Source of the DNA: a bacterium
GTDB lineage: Bacteria > Patescibacteriota > Patescibacteriia > JACQRZ01
NCBI GenBank assembly: GCA_030688365.1
Contig: JAUYIE010000004.1
Location: 5,931-69,930 of the forward strand
DNA: 64,000 nt
Direction: 5' to 3'
The notes below the pieces were generated by a model that searched no databases, was not told where the DNA came from, and saw nothing but the letters and a program-made list of their open reading frames with translations. Positions 31,585 through 42,699 of the stretch are shown piece by piece (position 1 is the first letter of the stretch; each line of letters starts with the position of its first letter). Position numbers and translations under genes: made by a program.

Positions 31585-32781
31585 TTACATCATCTTCTTT
31601 CTTATAAATGCTGGAATCTCAAGCTCATCATCTTCTTCTGTTACATCTCGTGCGGCTGGTAGATTGTCCTCATCTTCCTCTTCTGTATATTCCTCCAAAG
31701 GCACCGAAGTACGAATGGTTCGTGGTATTGGGGTATGATAAATTGATGCGGGACGAGGTATATGATTTGGAACTTTGCGATCATTCACAACTGATGGCTC
31801 AGCAGCTTTTGATGTCAACTTGTCTTTATCTTTATTTGGAAATCCTGTAGCGATGACTGTAATACGAAGTTCTTCATTCATAGCTTCATCAATAACTGCT
31901 CCAAAAATGACTCTCGCATCAGCAGCAGCCGAACTCGTGATAATTTTTGCCGCCTCATTGACTTCAAGCATTCCAAGTTCAGGACCTCCTGTTACGGTAA
32001 ACAAGATACCTTCAGCACCGTCAATAGATAATTCTAACAATGGACTTGAAATAGCTGCCTTAGCCGCTTCTACAGCTCGGTTGTCGCCTGTTCCATTACC
32101 AATACCCATCAGTGCGGACCCTGTATTTCTCATAATGGCTTTTACATCAGCAAAGTCAACGTTAACTAAACCAGGGACGGTAATGAGTTCGGAAATACCA
32201 CGTACACCTTGTTGCAAGATTTCGTCGGCCATAACAAATGCTTCCTGAAGAGTAGTTTTCTTATCAACAATCTGCAAAATTTTATCATTAGGTATAGTAA
32301 TAATAGAGTCTACTTTTGCTGCCAAATCCTTCCAACCATCTTCTGCTAATCTTTTTCGTTCTGCTCCTTCAAATGAAAAAGGTTTTGTAACTACTGCAAT
32401 AGTCAATGCACCGATATCGCGCGCCAATTCCGCTACAATAGGTGCAGCACCTGTTCCTGTACCACCCCCTAGCCCACATGTAATAAAAACCATATCTGCC
32501 CCTGCAAGTGCATCTCTAATTTCATTTTGACTTTCTTCTGCTGCTTTGCGTCCTACTTCTGGATTCATGCCCGCGCCAAGGCCTTTTGTAATGCTTTTAC
32601 CAATATGCAATTTTACAGACGCTTGAGAAACATGAAGTGCTTGTATATCAGTATTAGCAACAAGAAATTCAACCCCGCGTATTTTTGTTGTGATCATCCT
32701 GTTGACAGCTGAACCACCACTGCCGCCGACGCCGATCACTTTAATTTTTGCAAAGGTCTCAATTTCTGGTCGTATTTCCAT
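31585..32781 (-). CDS. ftsZ: Cell division protein FtsZ
   Basis: GGGTGTG tubulin motif, NVDFADV, C-terminal EIPAFIRKK. Confidence 0.98.
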   Translation of the reverse strand: MEIRPEIETFAKIKVIGVGGSGGSAVNRMITTKIRGVEFLVANTDIQALHVSQASVKLHIGKSITKGLGAGMNPEVGRKAAEESQNEIRDALAGADMVFITCGLGGGTGTGAAPIVAELARDIGALTIAVVTKPFSFEGAERKRLAEDGWKDLAAKVDSIITIPNDKILQIVDKKTTLQEAFVMADEILQQGVRGISELITVPGLVNVDFADVKAIMRNTGSALMGIGNGTGDNRAVEAAKAAISSPLLELSIDGAEGILFTVTGGPELGMLEVNEAAKIITSSAAADARVIFGAVIDEAMNEELRITVIATGFPNKDKDKLTSKAAEPSVVNDRKVPNHIPRPASIYHTPIPRTIRTSVPLEEYTEEEDEDNLPAARDVTEEDDELEIPAFIRKKMM

Positions 32782-32854
32782 ACAGTCATTCTAAAAAAAT
32801 TATGGTGTGAGTAGTAATTTGATTCAACACCACAATCTTATCACCAGAAATGCT

Positions 32855-34108
32855 CTATGGCAAGAGAGCCTTGAACCATTTTTTTACTCGCCCTCGTAAT
32901 TCTGAAGCAGATGACGCATTTATAGGTGAAAATGCGGTTCTTTTTTCTTGACGTTCCAAAAGATGCCATCCCCAAAAACATAACCCAATGGCTGTTGTAT
33001 AACGGGGATCACGAAGTGATTCACCTCCAATGATGGTTGATTTCAACTGTGCCTGTGATGCTGAAAGTTTTAGACACCGTTTTGCACAGTCAACGATACC
33101 AGGTAATTTTGCACCACCACCACTCAAGACCACTCCCGCAGGAAGCAATCCACTTCTCCCAACTCGCTTTAATTCTGTTTCTACTCTATCAAATATTTCT
33201 TCAACTCGTGCTTCTAATATCTCGGTAATATATTTATGAGCAATGTATCCTTTTTCAGTGGGATCAATTAACGAAAGATCAATTTCATCTTTTTTTTGAA
33301 TTTGTCGAGAAAGCAATGTCCCATATTCAATCTTTATTTTTTCCGCTGCTTCTAGGGAGACTCGTAGACCTATAGCAATATCTGATGTGATATGATCAGA
33401 TCCTAGAGGTAAAACAAATGCGTGAAATATTTCTCCTTCCTCATAAATCGCGACGCTTGTCGTAGAACCCCCTATATCTACTAGTGCAACACCTAGTTCT
33501 TTCTGACGGCTTGTCAGTGTTGCTTCAGCGGTAGCAATAAGAGCAAAGACTAAATCATCAATCTCAATGCCGGCACGGTAAATACATTTTGTAAAATTTT
33601 TAATCTGCGATGACAGTCCCTGAACAATACGTGTATCAACTTCCAAGCGCACCCCTGACATACCTATGGGATCCTTGATCCCCTGTTGACCGTCAATGAC
33701 ACACGATCGTGGAATGACATGAAGTATCTCATAGTTGGGTGGGGTAGCGATGGCTTTAGCTGCCTCAATCGCGCGTTCAAAATCTTGTGGCGTAATTTCC
33801 CCGTTCATTTTCCCAACAGCGACAACACCTCGACTCGCTCGTGTTTGAATGTGGGTACCAGAAATACCGACCCACGCGGATTGTATCGGTAGCCCGATTG
33901 CCCGTTCAGCCTTTTCTAAACATCTACTTATCGATCCAGCGGCATCTTCCATGCTTGAGACTGCGTCCCTAGAAAATCCTTCGGTAGGATGTTCGAAAGT
34001 ATGAAGAATCTCTACTCCCGCTTGTTCGTCACCTTCTGACGCTTGTGCCACTGCTACGCGAACAGCTGTAGATCCTATATCGAGGCCTGTAATAAATGTT
34101 TCATTCAT
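32855..34108 (-). CDS. ftsA: Cell division protein FtsA
   Basis: GLDIGS, PIGMSGVRLE, VDIGGSTT, LSGGGA, C-terminal amphipathic WFKALLP. Confidence 0.95.
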   Translation of the reverse strand: MNETFITGLDIGSTAVRVAVAQASEGDEQAGVEILHTFEHPTEGFSRDAVSSMEDAAGSISRCLEKAERAIGLPIQSAWVGISGTHIQTRASRGVVAVGKMNGEITPQDFERAIEAAKAIATPPNYEILHVIPRSCVIDGQQGIKDPIGMSGVRLEVDTRIVQGLSSQIKNFTKCIYRAGIEIDDLVFALIATAEATLTSRQKELGVALVDIGGSTTSVAIYEEGEIFHAFVLPLGSDHITSDIAIGLRVSLEAAEKIKIEYGTLLSRQIQKKDEIDLSLIDPTEKGYIAHKYITEILEARVEEIFDRVETELKRVGRSGLLPAGVVLSGGGAKLPGIVDCAKRCLKLSASQAQLKSTIIGGESLRDPRYTTAIGLCFWGWHLLERQEKRTAFSPINASSASELRGRVKKWFKALLP

Positions 34109-34148
34109 AATATGGGGTTGTTGCCTGATAACCTTAATAGAAAATAGA

Positions 34149-34526
34149 CTATATGACAATAGTGAACAAATTAATTAACTTGGGGATATAAAGAAATATG
34201 GTCACCAATAATGATGTAATGACTAAAATTAGCATCATTGCAGCAATAATATCCTTTATTGAACGGACATATTCTGACACCCTGGGCTTGATTATATCAA
34301 GCAGTCGTTCCAATGCACTATTTGCACATTCCATTGCTAAAATGCAACCTATTAACAACGAGACTATTGATAGTTCTATAACAGTAAATGATAGTAAAAC
34401 ACCACATATAATGGCCAAAATAGCTGCAACTATTTCAACACGAAAATTTTGCTCTTCACGCCAGACAATAAACAAACCATGACGAGCAAATCGTGCGCTA
34501 TTTTTAAGTGTTGTAAATGAAATCAT
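34149..34526 (-). CDS. Diacylglycerol/undecaprenol kinase family (DgkA-like)
   Basis: EEQNFR, ECANSALE, KDIIAA; 3 TM; follows ybeY. Confidence 0.85.
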   Translation of the reverse strand: MISFTTLKNSARFARHGLFIVWREEQNFRVEIVAAILAIICGVLLSFTVIELSIVSLLIGCILAMECANSALERLLDIIKPRVSEYVRSIKDIIAAMMLILVITSLLVTIFLYIPKLINLFTIVI

Positions 34527-34532
34527 AGTTTA

Positions 34533-34967
34533 TTACATTGATGTGAATGCTTTAGTCTCCAATGCACGCATTATTCGTCTGTCCTGCAATTTTTTATGAT
34601 CATAACCATAGATATGAAAAATACCATGTATAACCAAGCGTGCTACTTCATCAGTTAATGAACTACCATATCTATGCGCTTGACGGGCTGCATACGGGAT
34701 GGAAATAAAAATTTCTCCTTCTCCTGTTTTATTATCATGACCATAATAAAATGATAACACATCAGTGGTTCGTCGTAATTTACGATATCTCGTATTATAC
34801 TCTTTCACTTTTGCATCATCCGTGAGAACAACGGTAATAGAAATATGTGGCGCTTTCTGCGCATTCAACGCTTTATTACAAGCGCGTAGACAATGTTGAT
34901 ACCACGCTTTTTTTTGCGGAAGAGTCGGATATGTTGTCCACTCATCCTCAATACATAAATGCAACAT
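34533..34967 (-). CDS. ybeY: rRNA maturation endoribonuclease YbeY
   Basis: TDVLSF, GEIFIS, HGIFHIYGYDH. Confidence 0.95.
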   Translation of the reverse strand: MLHLCIEDEWTTYPTLPQKKAWYQHCLRACNKALNAQKAPHISITVVLTDDAKVKEYNTRYRKLRRTTDVLSFYYGHDNKTGEGEIFISIPYAARQAHRYGSSLTDEVARLVIHGIFHIYGYDHKKLQDRRIMRALETKAFTSM

Positions 34968-34972
34968 CGTCG

Positions 34973-35968
34973 CTAAAAAGACAAATCAGTAATCACAAAA
35001 CCTCGAATCATCATCTGAAATACTGTACCGAAACTCATTATATTCTTTGATCCCAGATCATACTTTACAACATATACATATGGCGTTACGACGTTTCCTT
35101 GGTCATCCTTAGAAGTAATATAAACATTTAATCCATCTGAAGACATAACACCTGTCCATGTATCATATGACATGGTTTGTAATGATGAAGTGTCAACATT
35201 TGGTTGATATACAGTACTAAACCAATCCAATGCAGACAATTTTTCCAAATTATCTTGAGCGGTTATACTGACAAACTCTCCAGTAGCGGAACTAAAAATT
35301 ACTTCGCGACGTGCGTTGTCCACAGAATCAACAACCCAACCTGATGGATATAAAAGCTTATATGAATACCCGGGATTAGTATAAGTCGCGGTTCCTGTTC
35401 CTGTTTCAAGCTTTGCAGGGGCTATACGAAGCGGATCATATAGAAAAGTGACTTCTTCACCATCAAGATGTCCATCCTGATCAGTATCGGGTTGTAATGG
35501 ATCCGACTGAAATAACGCTTCTTCAGTATCTGTTAAATCGTCTCCGTCAGTATCAACACTTCCCACATAATTCAGTATAGGAGGAGTAGGCGGAGATGGA
35601 ATAATTACGTCTGTTAATACATCAGGAGACTCCTCAAGCGAGCCCGTGTCATCTGGCTCAAGAATCACATCTTCTTCATTGGGTGCACTTTGTACTATCG
35701 GCTCTTCTGTTTGTACGGCAATCTCTTTTGAAACTGTTGCTTCACTTGCCGGTCTAAATTCAAACCACCAAATAGCAACTCCGGTGCCACACACAAATAC
35801 TACAGTGGCTATAATCCCAACAATGAGCCCTGCGGGGCTATGTTCACCTGACGCCACCGAAGAAGTTCGGTGAGAAGGCATTGTATATACCGTACCATCA
35901 AGAGGATCGTCCATAGTGGGCACCTTCTTTGCTTCTTCAACAATGGGCTCTTCTATAAAATCAAACAT
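34973..35968 (-). CDS. Membrane-anchored protein with Ca-binding DxDxDG repeats
   Basis: TM helix; DTDGDDLTDTEE, DTDQDGHLDGEE. Confidence 0.8.
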   Translation of the reverse strand: MFDFIEEPIVEEAKKVPTMDDPLDGTVYTMPSHRTSSVASGEHSPAGLIVGIIATVVFVCGTGVAIWWFEFRPASEATVSKEIAVQTEEPIVQSAPNEEDVILEPDDTGSLEESPDVLTDVIIPSPPTPPILNYVGSVDTDGDDLTDTEEALFQSDPLQPDTDQDGHLDGEEVTFLYDPLRIAPAKLETGTGTATYTNPGYSYKLLYPSGWVVDSVDNARREVIFSSATGEFVSITAQDNLEKLSALDWFSTVYQPNVDTSSLQTMSYDTWTGVMSSDGLNVYITSKDDQGNVVTPYVYVVKYDLGSKNIMSFGTVFQMMIRGFVITDLSF

Positions 35969-35984
35969 ATATAATCATGAAGTC

Positions 35985-36725
35985 TCAATTAGTCGGTAAC
36001 ACCAATAAACGACCAGTGCCCTTAGGGTCATAACCATTTTGAACTTCTGATCCATCAAGATATCCGTCACCGTCTGTATCAGCATTTAATGGATCAGTAT
36101 GGTAAATCTCTAATTCCTGACGATCTGATAGCATATCGTTATCAGTATCGGGAAGATAAGGATTTGTGCCGTTAAGTGCTTCCTGTTCATCAGTAACCCC
36201 GTCTTCATCTTGATCCACGGTTGCTGGATCAATTACTGCCGGTTGAGTGGTTTCGTCCGTTGCTGAATTGTCTTGTGAATCATAGGGCATTGCTTGTTCA
36301 TCTGTCGGGTTTGTTGATGAATCGTAAACGGGTTGCACTGGTTGATTTACAGGTGTTTGTTCACTTGACGGTTGTGATACTTCATTGGGAGTAGAAGAAT
36401 TACCCGTCATACTCATAACTAACCAGATTACCAGTACAATAGCGACAATTACAAGCACCCCAGCCACGATCATAATCACAATTTTTTTATTCATACCGCC
36501 TTGTGTAAGCGGAGCTGAATATGGATTGTACGTCTTACCGCTTGCCGGAGTCGATTCTGTCACATTTGGTGATGATTTTAGTGGTTCAGTATCACTAAAA
36601 ATATCCTGCACCGGTTCTGATGGCATAGGAGGTTGTGCAGAAGGTGTCGGTGGTGTGGACATCTGCGCAGGATCGCCCATATGCTTTGGTTGAGGTGTAA
36701 AAATGTCATCAGGCATACAATTCAA
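35985..36725 (-). CDS. Membrane-anchored protein with thrombospondin-type-3-like Ca-binding repeats
   Basis: TM helix; DQDEDGVTD, DTDNDMLSD, DTDGDGYLDG. Confidence 0.8.
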   Translation of the reverse strand: MNCMPDDIFTPQPKHMGDPAQMSTPPTPSAQPPMPSEPVQDIFSDTEPLKSSPNVTESTPASGKTYNPYSAPLTQGGMNKKIVIMIVAGVLVIVAIVLVIWLVMSMTGNSSTPNEVSQPSSEQTPVNQPVQPVYDSSTNPTDEQAMPYDSQDNSATDETTQPAVIDPATVDQDEDGVTDEQEALNGTNPYLPDTDNDMLSDRQELEIYHTDPLNADTDGDGYLDGSEVQNGYDPKGTGRLLVLPTN

Positions 36726-36744
36726 AATAGAAGTTAAAAGTCTA

Positions 36745-39700
36745 TTAGGGTTTGGTAGTACAATATGGGTTTATTGTACTGAAATGCTGTGGATCTTCAA
36801 GATTCATACATATTTCGTATCCAGTACCATCTGAAGTCTTATACGTATAGATATGAGAATCTTTCTGCGCCTTAGCAGCATCTGTTCGTAGAGCACTTTC
36901 AACATCGTTCCCATATCCAAAGTCACCATTTTGTGCGTTCCAACATGTCTTTTGATCAAATCCGGAGGGACACAATGGAAATGCCTTGCCTTCTACTTTT
37001 GCCAGTGGGTCAGCGGGAAGGGCTACACGTAATGCGTTACCTAAGGTACTTTGCCAGGACGGCCATGCTGATGTTGATTGTCCTTTTATAAAACTTCCGG
37101 AAGCAAGGGCAGGATACGGTATCGCATTATTTTTAGCATATTTACTCAACAAATACTGCATATCAGCCATATCTGAGAGACGATGTAAATCTCTTCTCAT
37201 TATATCAGGATTGGTATCATGTGCAACACTCATCACCAATTTCATATTTTGCAAAAGACTCGCAAAGATTTGTTGTGTACTACTTTTCGCGCCTACGTTA
37301 TAGGAAAATGAAAGAATATAAAACACGTTATCCGTTCCTTGTATGAAAATGTATACACCCGTACTGTCACGAACAGCCTGATAACCATCAACGAGCGTTG
37401 AAGAAGGGCTTTCTTTCCCTGATTGATGTACGCGATACCATTGATATGCTGAAAGCATATCATTATTTTTCGCAATACGAACTGCAATGACATCACTATT
37501 TTTGGTATCTACAATATTTAAATCCCCTTTTGTAGAATCAGCAAACGGAAAAATAAATTCTTGCTGAAATATTCCTCGATCAGTACTATTGGGATCTACC
37601 TGTATCGGCGGCTTTAGTAAACCAGGGAGTAAATTTGTTGATGTATTTCCTCGGCAATAGTATGACTTAAAATTATATGCGGCAAGACCAGAAACATCTG
37701 TACTGTCAAATTCCCATAGTTCTGAACATAAGTAACTTTTAATTGGAAAATGCTCGGTCTTCACTGGTCCTTTTGTTTGGCACTCTAGCTCCTTTTGAGT
37801 ATCCGTGATTTTGTCCGGAGGATCACATGTTGGATCACGTTGGGTCAACGTTACACTCATACTTGCATTACCACTCGTAGGCATTGCAGTCACCTCAAGA
37901 ATTGATTGATTAGTTGCACCACTAAACTGAATAATACTGTCACCTGTTAATTTCCACTCATATGATTGGACTACTATTTCAGAATCATCATAGGACATAC
38001 CAACTGCCTGATACACATGCTGATTTCCTGGTTTAAAAGGATTTTGATCTCCAATACCACAATCATTACCGGCACAACTGATAAAATCAACATCATTAGC
38101 GGGTAATGAGTCACCATTAATGTAAATTAAAACGTGATCCAAAGGTGCAATCTCATCTCCAACATCAACCGGAATCAAAGAACCGTCGCCCCCATTGTCA
38201 GGAGGTGTGCTGTTGTCAGGAGGTGTGTCGTTGTCAGGAGGTGTGTCGTTGCATGTATATTCAGTAGATGTGACTTCAATAGTATCTAATGTACTATTTT
38301 TATTTGTATCAAGTCCTGTTTCAATTTTTCTTCCTGCATATGGACAATTACTTCCTTTCGGTTCATATGTATCTCTCACAAGACTAAAAATCTGATTATC
38401 ACCAGACCCTGAATTGCACGCGTATTCAGTAGAGCTCACTTCGCTGGAATCCAACGTACCATTTCTATTTGTATCAAGACCAGTATCAGTCCTGCGTCCT
38501 CCATTTTGACAATGGGATCCTGGTGGTTCATCACTGGCAGTAATGAGACGATTTATAGGTAACGGAGACGAACCACCATTATCATTGTCTCCAGACTGAT
38601 TGGTTGGAGGAGGAGTATTGCACGCATATTTTGTAGAAGTGACCTCGTTAGGATCCAAGATACCATCTCTATCAGTATCCAGTCCTGACACTGTCTTCCT
38701 TCCTGCATACGGACAATTACTACCACTTGGTTCGTATGTATTTCTCACCAAATTATAGAGTGTATTGTTCCCGGAACCCGCATTACACGCATACGAGGTA
38801 GCAGTTACTTCTCTAGAATCCAGCACACCATTTCTATTTGTATCCAGACCGGCATCAGTCCTGCGTCCTCCATTTTGACAATGAGATCCTCTTGGCTCGC
38901 TGGTCACTCTTACAAGATTATTGAGGGGAAGTGTGGACGATCCTTGATTGGATGTTGGAGAAACGCCGTTAGGGGTAATTCCTCCCGTAATTTCAATATT
39001 ATATTTTTTATTGCACTGCAACTGTGTCTTTGGAATAAAACGAACTTCTGTGCGGGCATCATCACCGATTCCAACAGTGTTAAATTCAAAATGTCCATTT
39101 GCATTTGGTACTATTCTCATCCTGCTGCGCGCGCTTTCCTCATTGATTACCTGATTAAATGTCACCTTAATAATGCTATTGCAATAAGCGTTAGGAGATT
39201 TTGGTTGGACGTCAATCACTGCCACCTTCTTGGGTGTAGTGGCACATTTTGCATTTACACAATTATTGGATGAACATTGTTGTGGACTATAACACTTTCC
39301 TCCGATCGGCAATCCTCCTTGAACACATTTAGACTCAAAACAGTTATTTGAGATACATTCGTTATTCGCACTACAACTTTCTCCAATTACCTTCAATACT
39401 GATTTACATGTACCTGAACTACACCATAACCCTTCCTTGCATTGAGTGTCCCATGTACAAGCAGCTGTTTCTCCAAGGTCCCCACGCACGCATTTATTCT
39501 CTTCACCACATACACCAGAACTACATTCTTCATTTTTTGAGCAAGATTCATTTAATTGCTTCAATTCACCTGTAAAAAAACTCCAGCGGTATGTACAAGA
39601 AATCACTGTGTTCACGCATGTACCAGTGGTTCTAAATGAACCATCACTACAACAAGTCCGCGACTGATCGCCTGCTGCTACATTACACCTGCCCACCTCA

Positions 39701-40374
39701 AACGGAACCGGATTACTCAAATTGTTATTTCCATCTACAACACGAATATTTCCTGATGTAGTCAGCAAGACAGGTGTTACTGCTTCTATGTATTTATCAG
39801 ACCAACCACCGGGTTGAATCGTGGCATCACCTTTGTCAACTACGAGACGACCTGTTGTCTTGGAAAAATTTTCTCCGTAAACCTTCACTGCAATACCTGC
39901 AGGGCCGTTATCGGGTGAAACTGCGCAAATGCCCGGTGTGGGTGGTGCAGATGTAACAGTAAAAGTATTTGAGTATGATGCGACTTGGCTATCCGCCCGA
40001 TATACCTTGATCGTATATTGCCCGGTTTCAAGACCTTGCGGTACCTTTGCGATCAGATAAGAGTTATGCCATGTTTGACCTTCACAACCACTCACGTTTG
40101 GTTTGTCTGACGGTACCTCAAGCCCGCGACGTACAAAAACCACTTTACCGGGTGTGGATCCAAAATATTGTCCTTGAAGCGTCATATACTGTCCTTTTCC
40201 ACCAGACTCTGGCCAAATCTTTGAAATTCTAGGAGCCCCAATACTAACAGAATCCTCTGCAAAAAGCGCATATGGTGATCGCATCAATAAAAAACCTACT
40301 AGTGCAACTGCAATAACACTGCCAAGTATACCACCTATCGTCATCGTATGAATTGAAAAACGAAATTTGTTCAT
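36745..40374 (-). CDS. Large Cys-rich surface protein (IPT/TIG, Cys-rich, Ig-like and 4 Ca-binding repeats)
   Basis: N-terminal TM; two IPT-like domains (ISKIWPESG, VSPDNGPAG); C-x4-5-C repeats; 4 x EPxGSxC...GLDTNxNGxLDxxEV...YxCN. Confidence 0.8.
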   Translation of the reverse strand: MNKFRFSIHTMTIGGILGSVIAVALVGFLLMRSPYALFAEDSVSIGAPRISKIWPESGGKGQYMTLQGQYFGSTPGKVVFVRRGLEVPSDKPNVSGCEGQTWHNSYLIAKVPQGLETGQYTIKVYRADSQVASYSNTFTVTSAPPTPGICAVSPDNGPAGIAVKVYGENFSKTTGRLVVDKGDATIQPGGWSDKYIEAVTPVLLTTSGNIRVVDGNNNLSNPVPFEVGRCNVAAGDQSRTCCSDGSFRTTGTCVNTVISCTYRWSFFTGELKQLNESCSKNEECSSGVCGEENKCVRGDLGETAACTWDTQCKEGLWCSSGTCKSVLKVIGESCSANNECISNNCFESKCVQGGLPIGGKCYSPQQCSSNNCVNAKCATTPKKVAVIDVQPKSPNAYCNSIIKVTFNQVINEESARSRMRIVPNANGHFEFNTVGIGDDARTEVRFIPKTQLQCNKKYNIEITGGITPNGVSPTSNQGSSTLPLNNLVRVTSEPRGSHCQNGGRRTDAGLDTNRNGVLDSREVTATSYACNAGSGNNTLYNLVRNTYEPSGSNCPYAGRKTVSGLDTDRDGILDPNEVTSTKYACNTPPPTNQSGDNDNGGSSPLPINRLITASDEPPGSHCQNGGRRTDTGLDTNRNGTLDSSEVSSTEYACNSGSGDNQIFSLVRDTYEPKGSNCPYAGRKIETGLDTNKNSTLDTIEVTSTEYTCNDTPPDNDTPPDNSTPPDNGGDGSLIPVDVGDEIAPLDHVLIYINGDSLPANDVDFISCAGNDCGIGDQNPFKPGNQHVYQAVGMSYDDSEIVVQSYEWKLTGDSIIQFSGATNQSILEVTAMPTSGNASMSVTLTQRDPTCDPPDKITDTQKELECQTKGPVKTEHFPIKSYLCSELWEFDSTDVSGLAAYNFKSYYCRGNTSTNLLPGLLKPPIQVDPNSTDRGIFQQEFIFPFADSTKGDLNIVDTKNSDVIAVRIAKNNDMLSAYQWYRVHQSGKESPSSTLVDGYQAVRDSTGVYIFIQGTDNVFYILSFSYNVGAKSSTQQIFASLLQNMKLVMSVAHDTNPDIMRRDLHRLSDMADMQYLLSKYAKNNAIPYPALASGSFIKGQSTSAWPSWQSTLGNALRVALPADPLAKVEGKAFPLCPSGFDQKTCWNAQNGDFGYGNDVESALRTDAAKAQKDSHIYTYKTSDGTGYEICMNLEDPQHFSTINPYCTTKP
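38195..38251. repeat. 18-bp tandem repeat x3 (DTPPDN linker)
   Basis: ttgtcaggaggtgtg(ctg/tcg) repeated three times. Confidence 0.9.
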
Positions 40375-40379
40375 AAAAA

Positions 40380-41945
40380 TTATTGCAAAGGACCCACGCA
40401 GGATGCAAAACAATTTTGATATATATCGCGCGCTTGATTATTTACTTCTGGAGAATAAGTAGTATCCTCTTTTAAGATATCATGCAAAATCTTTGAAACT
40501 GTTTGTTTTTTTTCTAAATCTAAATCACTGTCAACTGAATATTGCAATCCTCGATCAAGTATGATCGATGACTTGTTCAATGTACTCAAATCCATAATCT
40601 TTGAAAAATGAATTTCTATCGGTGCAACACGATCAACGCGACTTCCATTTCTGCCTGGTATAACAGAAACAATTGTCGGCATAGTCGTATCTATATTGTT
40701 ATTTGTAGAGAACGACCATATATAATCATCCTCATTTGTACCCTGTGCGATACCATCCTTCTTGGTACCTCCCTCTCCCCCACCATCTAACGAATTTCCC
40801 TGGGTATCCACTATTCCGTCAGGTGGCGTTGCAGCAAGATTTGGAGCACTACCATCGCGTGGATTTTTGATGGTCGCGGTTTTGATTCGTACGCTAATAT
40901 GGTCGCTGACCGGTAAGCAAAATATTCGTTCATTACATTGATTTGATCCACATACACTATCGGACGTAAACATCAATGTCTTATAATTATTATATATCCC
41001 AACACTTCCCAAAATGGGCTTTTGAGATTTGACATCAGTCAGCTGGATAAAACTACTTTTAAGTGCTGTCGGGTCAAGCGCCTTGGAAAACGTCATTTGG
41101 ACCAAAGAATTACGAGAGGAAGAGTCCTTTCCTGATACAGGAAATACCGATACAACGTATGGTGGGTCGGTATCAATAGTGTTTCCAACGTAAAATACCC
41201 ATGAATATGTACCTGTACCACCCAGCATGGAAGTGTGCTGACTGTTTTGAACCGATGACAAAATAGTTAATTTATACTTTGTTGATGGTTCGTCCGATGA
41301 ACCTAAAAGCTCATCGGGACTGATCTTCAAGGTTTTTTTATCCTCACCAACCGTCACATGCGCTACGGTCAATTCACCTTGTGGTGCATCATCCGCTTGT
41401 AATTGTTGAATGGTGATGGCATCTTTTTTTAAAACTCCCTGACCATCACCTACGCTTGTTCCATTCACTTCTTCAATAAATGTAACCAAAATAGATACGT
41501 TTCTCGCAACATTTCGTTGGTCGCGCAACGGATAATGTTGTGCAATTTTGGATGAAGGTCCAAGAGAATCGCCAAAACCCCCTTCAATTTGAAAACTCTC
41601 CGGTGATTTTACTATTGAGGATTGTTTGGGGCTTCTTGACATAAAAAATGTAATCAAAGCAAACAAAAGTAGGCAGATTACAAGCGCTATGCCTGATATA
41701 AATACTAGTCTCTTTGAACGCTCAAATTCAAACACATCATCGCGCACACGTCGCATCTGAATAAACCCATATATTACCACACCCAAGGATACAATACTCC
41801 CGACAAGCCAAACAATCTGTAAAATTCGCAATACAGTAGACCCAGATCCAAGAGCAGATGATTCGGCGGCGTATACACCAAACGGGAGCACGGCAATTGC
41901 CAATACCCCCAAAAGGAATACAAATAATCTCTTTGCGACACGCAT
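40380..41945 (-). CDS. Membrane protein with Ig-like (Big_5-type) domains
   Basis: Signal peptide + 2 TM, then repeated PxVVSVxP...N..I..F modules and Y.WSFST. Confidence 0.75.
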   Translation of the reverse strand: MRVAKRLFVFLLGVLAIAVLPFGVYAAESSALGSGSTVLRILQIVWLVGSIVSLGVVIYGFIQMRRVRDDVFEFERSKRLVFISGIALVICLLLFALITFFMSRSPKQSSIVKSPESFQIEGGFGDSLGPSSKIAQHYPLRDQRNVARNVSILVTFIEEVNGTSVGDGQGVLKKDAITIQQLQADDAPQGELTVAHVTVGEDKKTLKISPDELLGSSDEPSTKYKLTILSSVQNSQHTSMLGGTGTYSWVFYVGNTIDTDPPYVVSVFPVSGKDSSSRNSLVQMTFSKALDPTALKSSFIQLTDVKSQKPILGSVGIYNNYKTLMFTSDSVCGSNQCNERIFCLPVSDHISVRIKTATIKNPRDGSAPNLAATPPDGIVDTQGNSLDGGGEGGTKKDGIAQGTNEDDYIWSFSTNNNIDTTMPTIVSVIPGRNGSRVDRVAPIEIHFSKIMDLSTLNKSSIILDRGLQYSVDSDLDLEKKQTVSKILHDILKEDTTYSPEVNNQARDIYQNCFASCVGPLQ

Positions 41946-41956
41946 GGGTTCGTAAT

Positions 41957-42406
41957 CTATTGTATGAGTTCGTCTATAATAGGAATTACGTCGTTACCTT
42001 GAGCACGAGCCCCAATTTCTTTCATAACAGCACCCATCAGTGGACCCTTCGTTACAGGACGACCTTGTTCCTTTATTTCATTATACACCTTTTGTGCGAT
42101 AACACGAATCTCATCGGACGAAAGCGATGCAGGAAGATAAGACTGTACGATTGTGATTTCCTCTTTCGTGCTCGTAGCAAGATCAGTGCGCGATGCGGCT
42201 ATGAAATCAGACAATGAATCATTTAATTTTTTATATTCTTTACGAATAACGTTTAGAACATCGTCATCTGACAATTCACCACTAGAATCAATTGCAGCAT
42301 TTTTAATTGCTGCTCGAAGTTGTCGCAATACAACAAGCTCATGTGCCCTCTTTTCTTTCATTGCCACAATCATATCTTCGTGAATACGCGTTTCAAGAGG
42401 AGACAT
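41957..42406 (-). CDS. GatB/YqeY domain protein
   Basis: AMKEK...LRQLRAAIKN...EITIVQSYLP...GPLMGAVMK; downstream of rpsU. Confidence 0.9.
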   Translation of the reverse strand: MSPLETRIHEDMIVAMKEKRAHELVVLRQLRAAIKNAAIDSSGELSDDDVLNVIRKEYKKLNDSLSDFIAASRTDLATSTKEEITIVQSYLPASLSSDEIRVIAQKVYNEIKEQGRPVTKGPLMGAVMKEIGARAQGNDVIPIIDELIQ

Positions 42407-42419
42407 AAAAATGAAGCTA

Positions 42420-42674
42420 TTAATTCAATTTAAGAATTGCTTTTGCGCCAGGAAACTGATCTTTGACTTTGCCGGTACGTGTAAGATAGTCTAGCTTATC
42501 TTGGATTTTTTTGCGTCGTAATGCAGTTTCTTTCAACGCGCGTTTATTTTTTCCACGTTGAAAAAAGCGGATTTTACGCGCCTGTAACACGCGACCACTT
42601 AGTTTGACATCACTAGTGAATCTTCGATAAAAACTTTCAAATGATTCCTTTGGTTTGCGTTTGACTTCAGACAT
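42420..42674 (-). CDS. rpsU: 30S ribosomal protein bS21 (CPR-type)
   Basis: EVKRKPKESFESFYRRF; basic; rpsU-yqeY synteny. Confidence 0.8.
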   Translation of the reverse strand: MSEVKRKPKESFESFYRRFTSDVKLSGRVLQARKIRFFQRGKNKRALKETALRRKKIQDKLDYLTRTGKVKDQFPGAKAILKLN

Positions 42675-42699
42675 GTAAATTCACCTCACTTTCATTTGG

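Noticed and set aside
38195-38915. Repeats as a CRISPR array or a TR/VR pair
   Set aside because: In-frame coding repeats; no unique spacers, no cas genes, differences not adenine-specific
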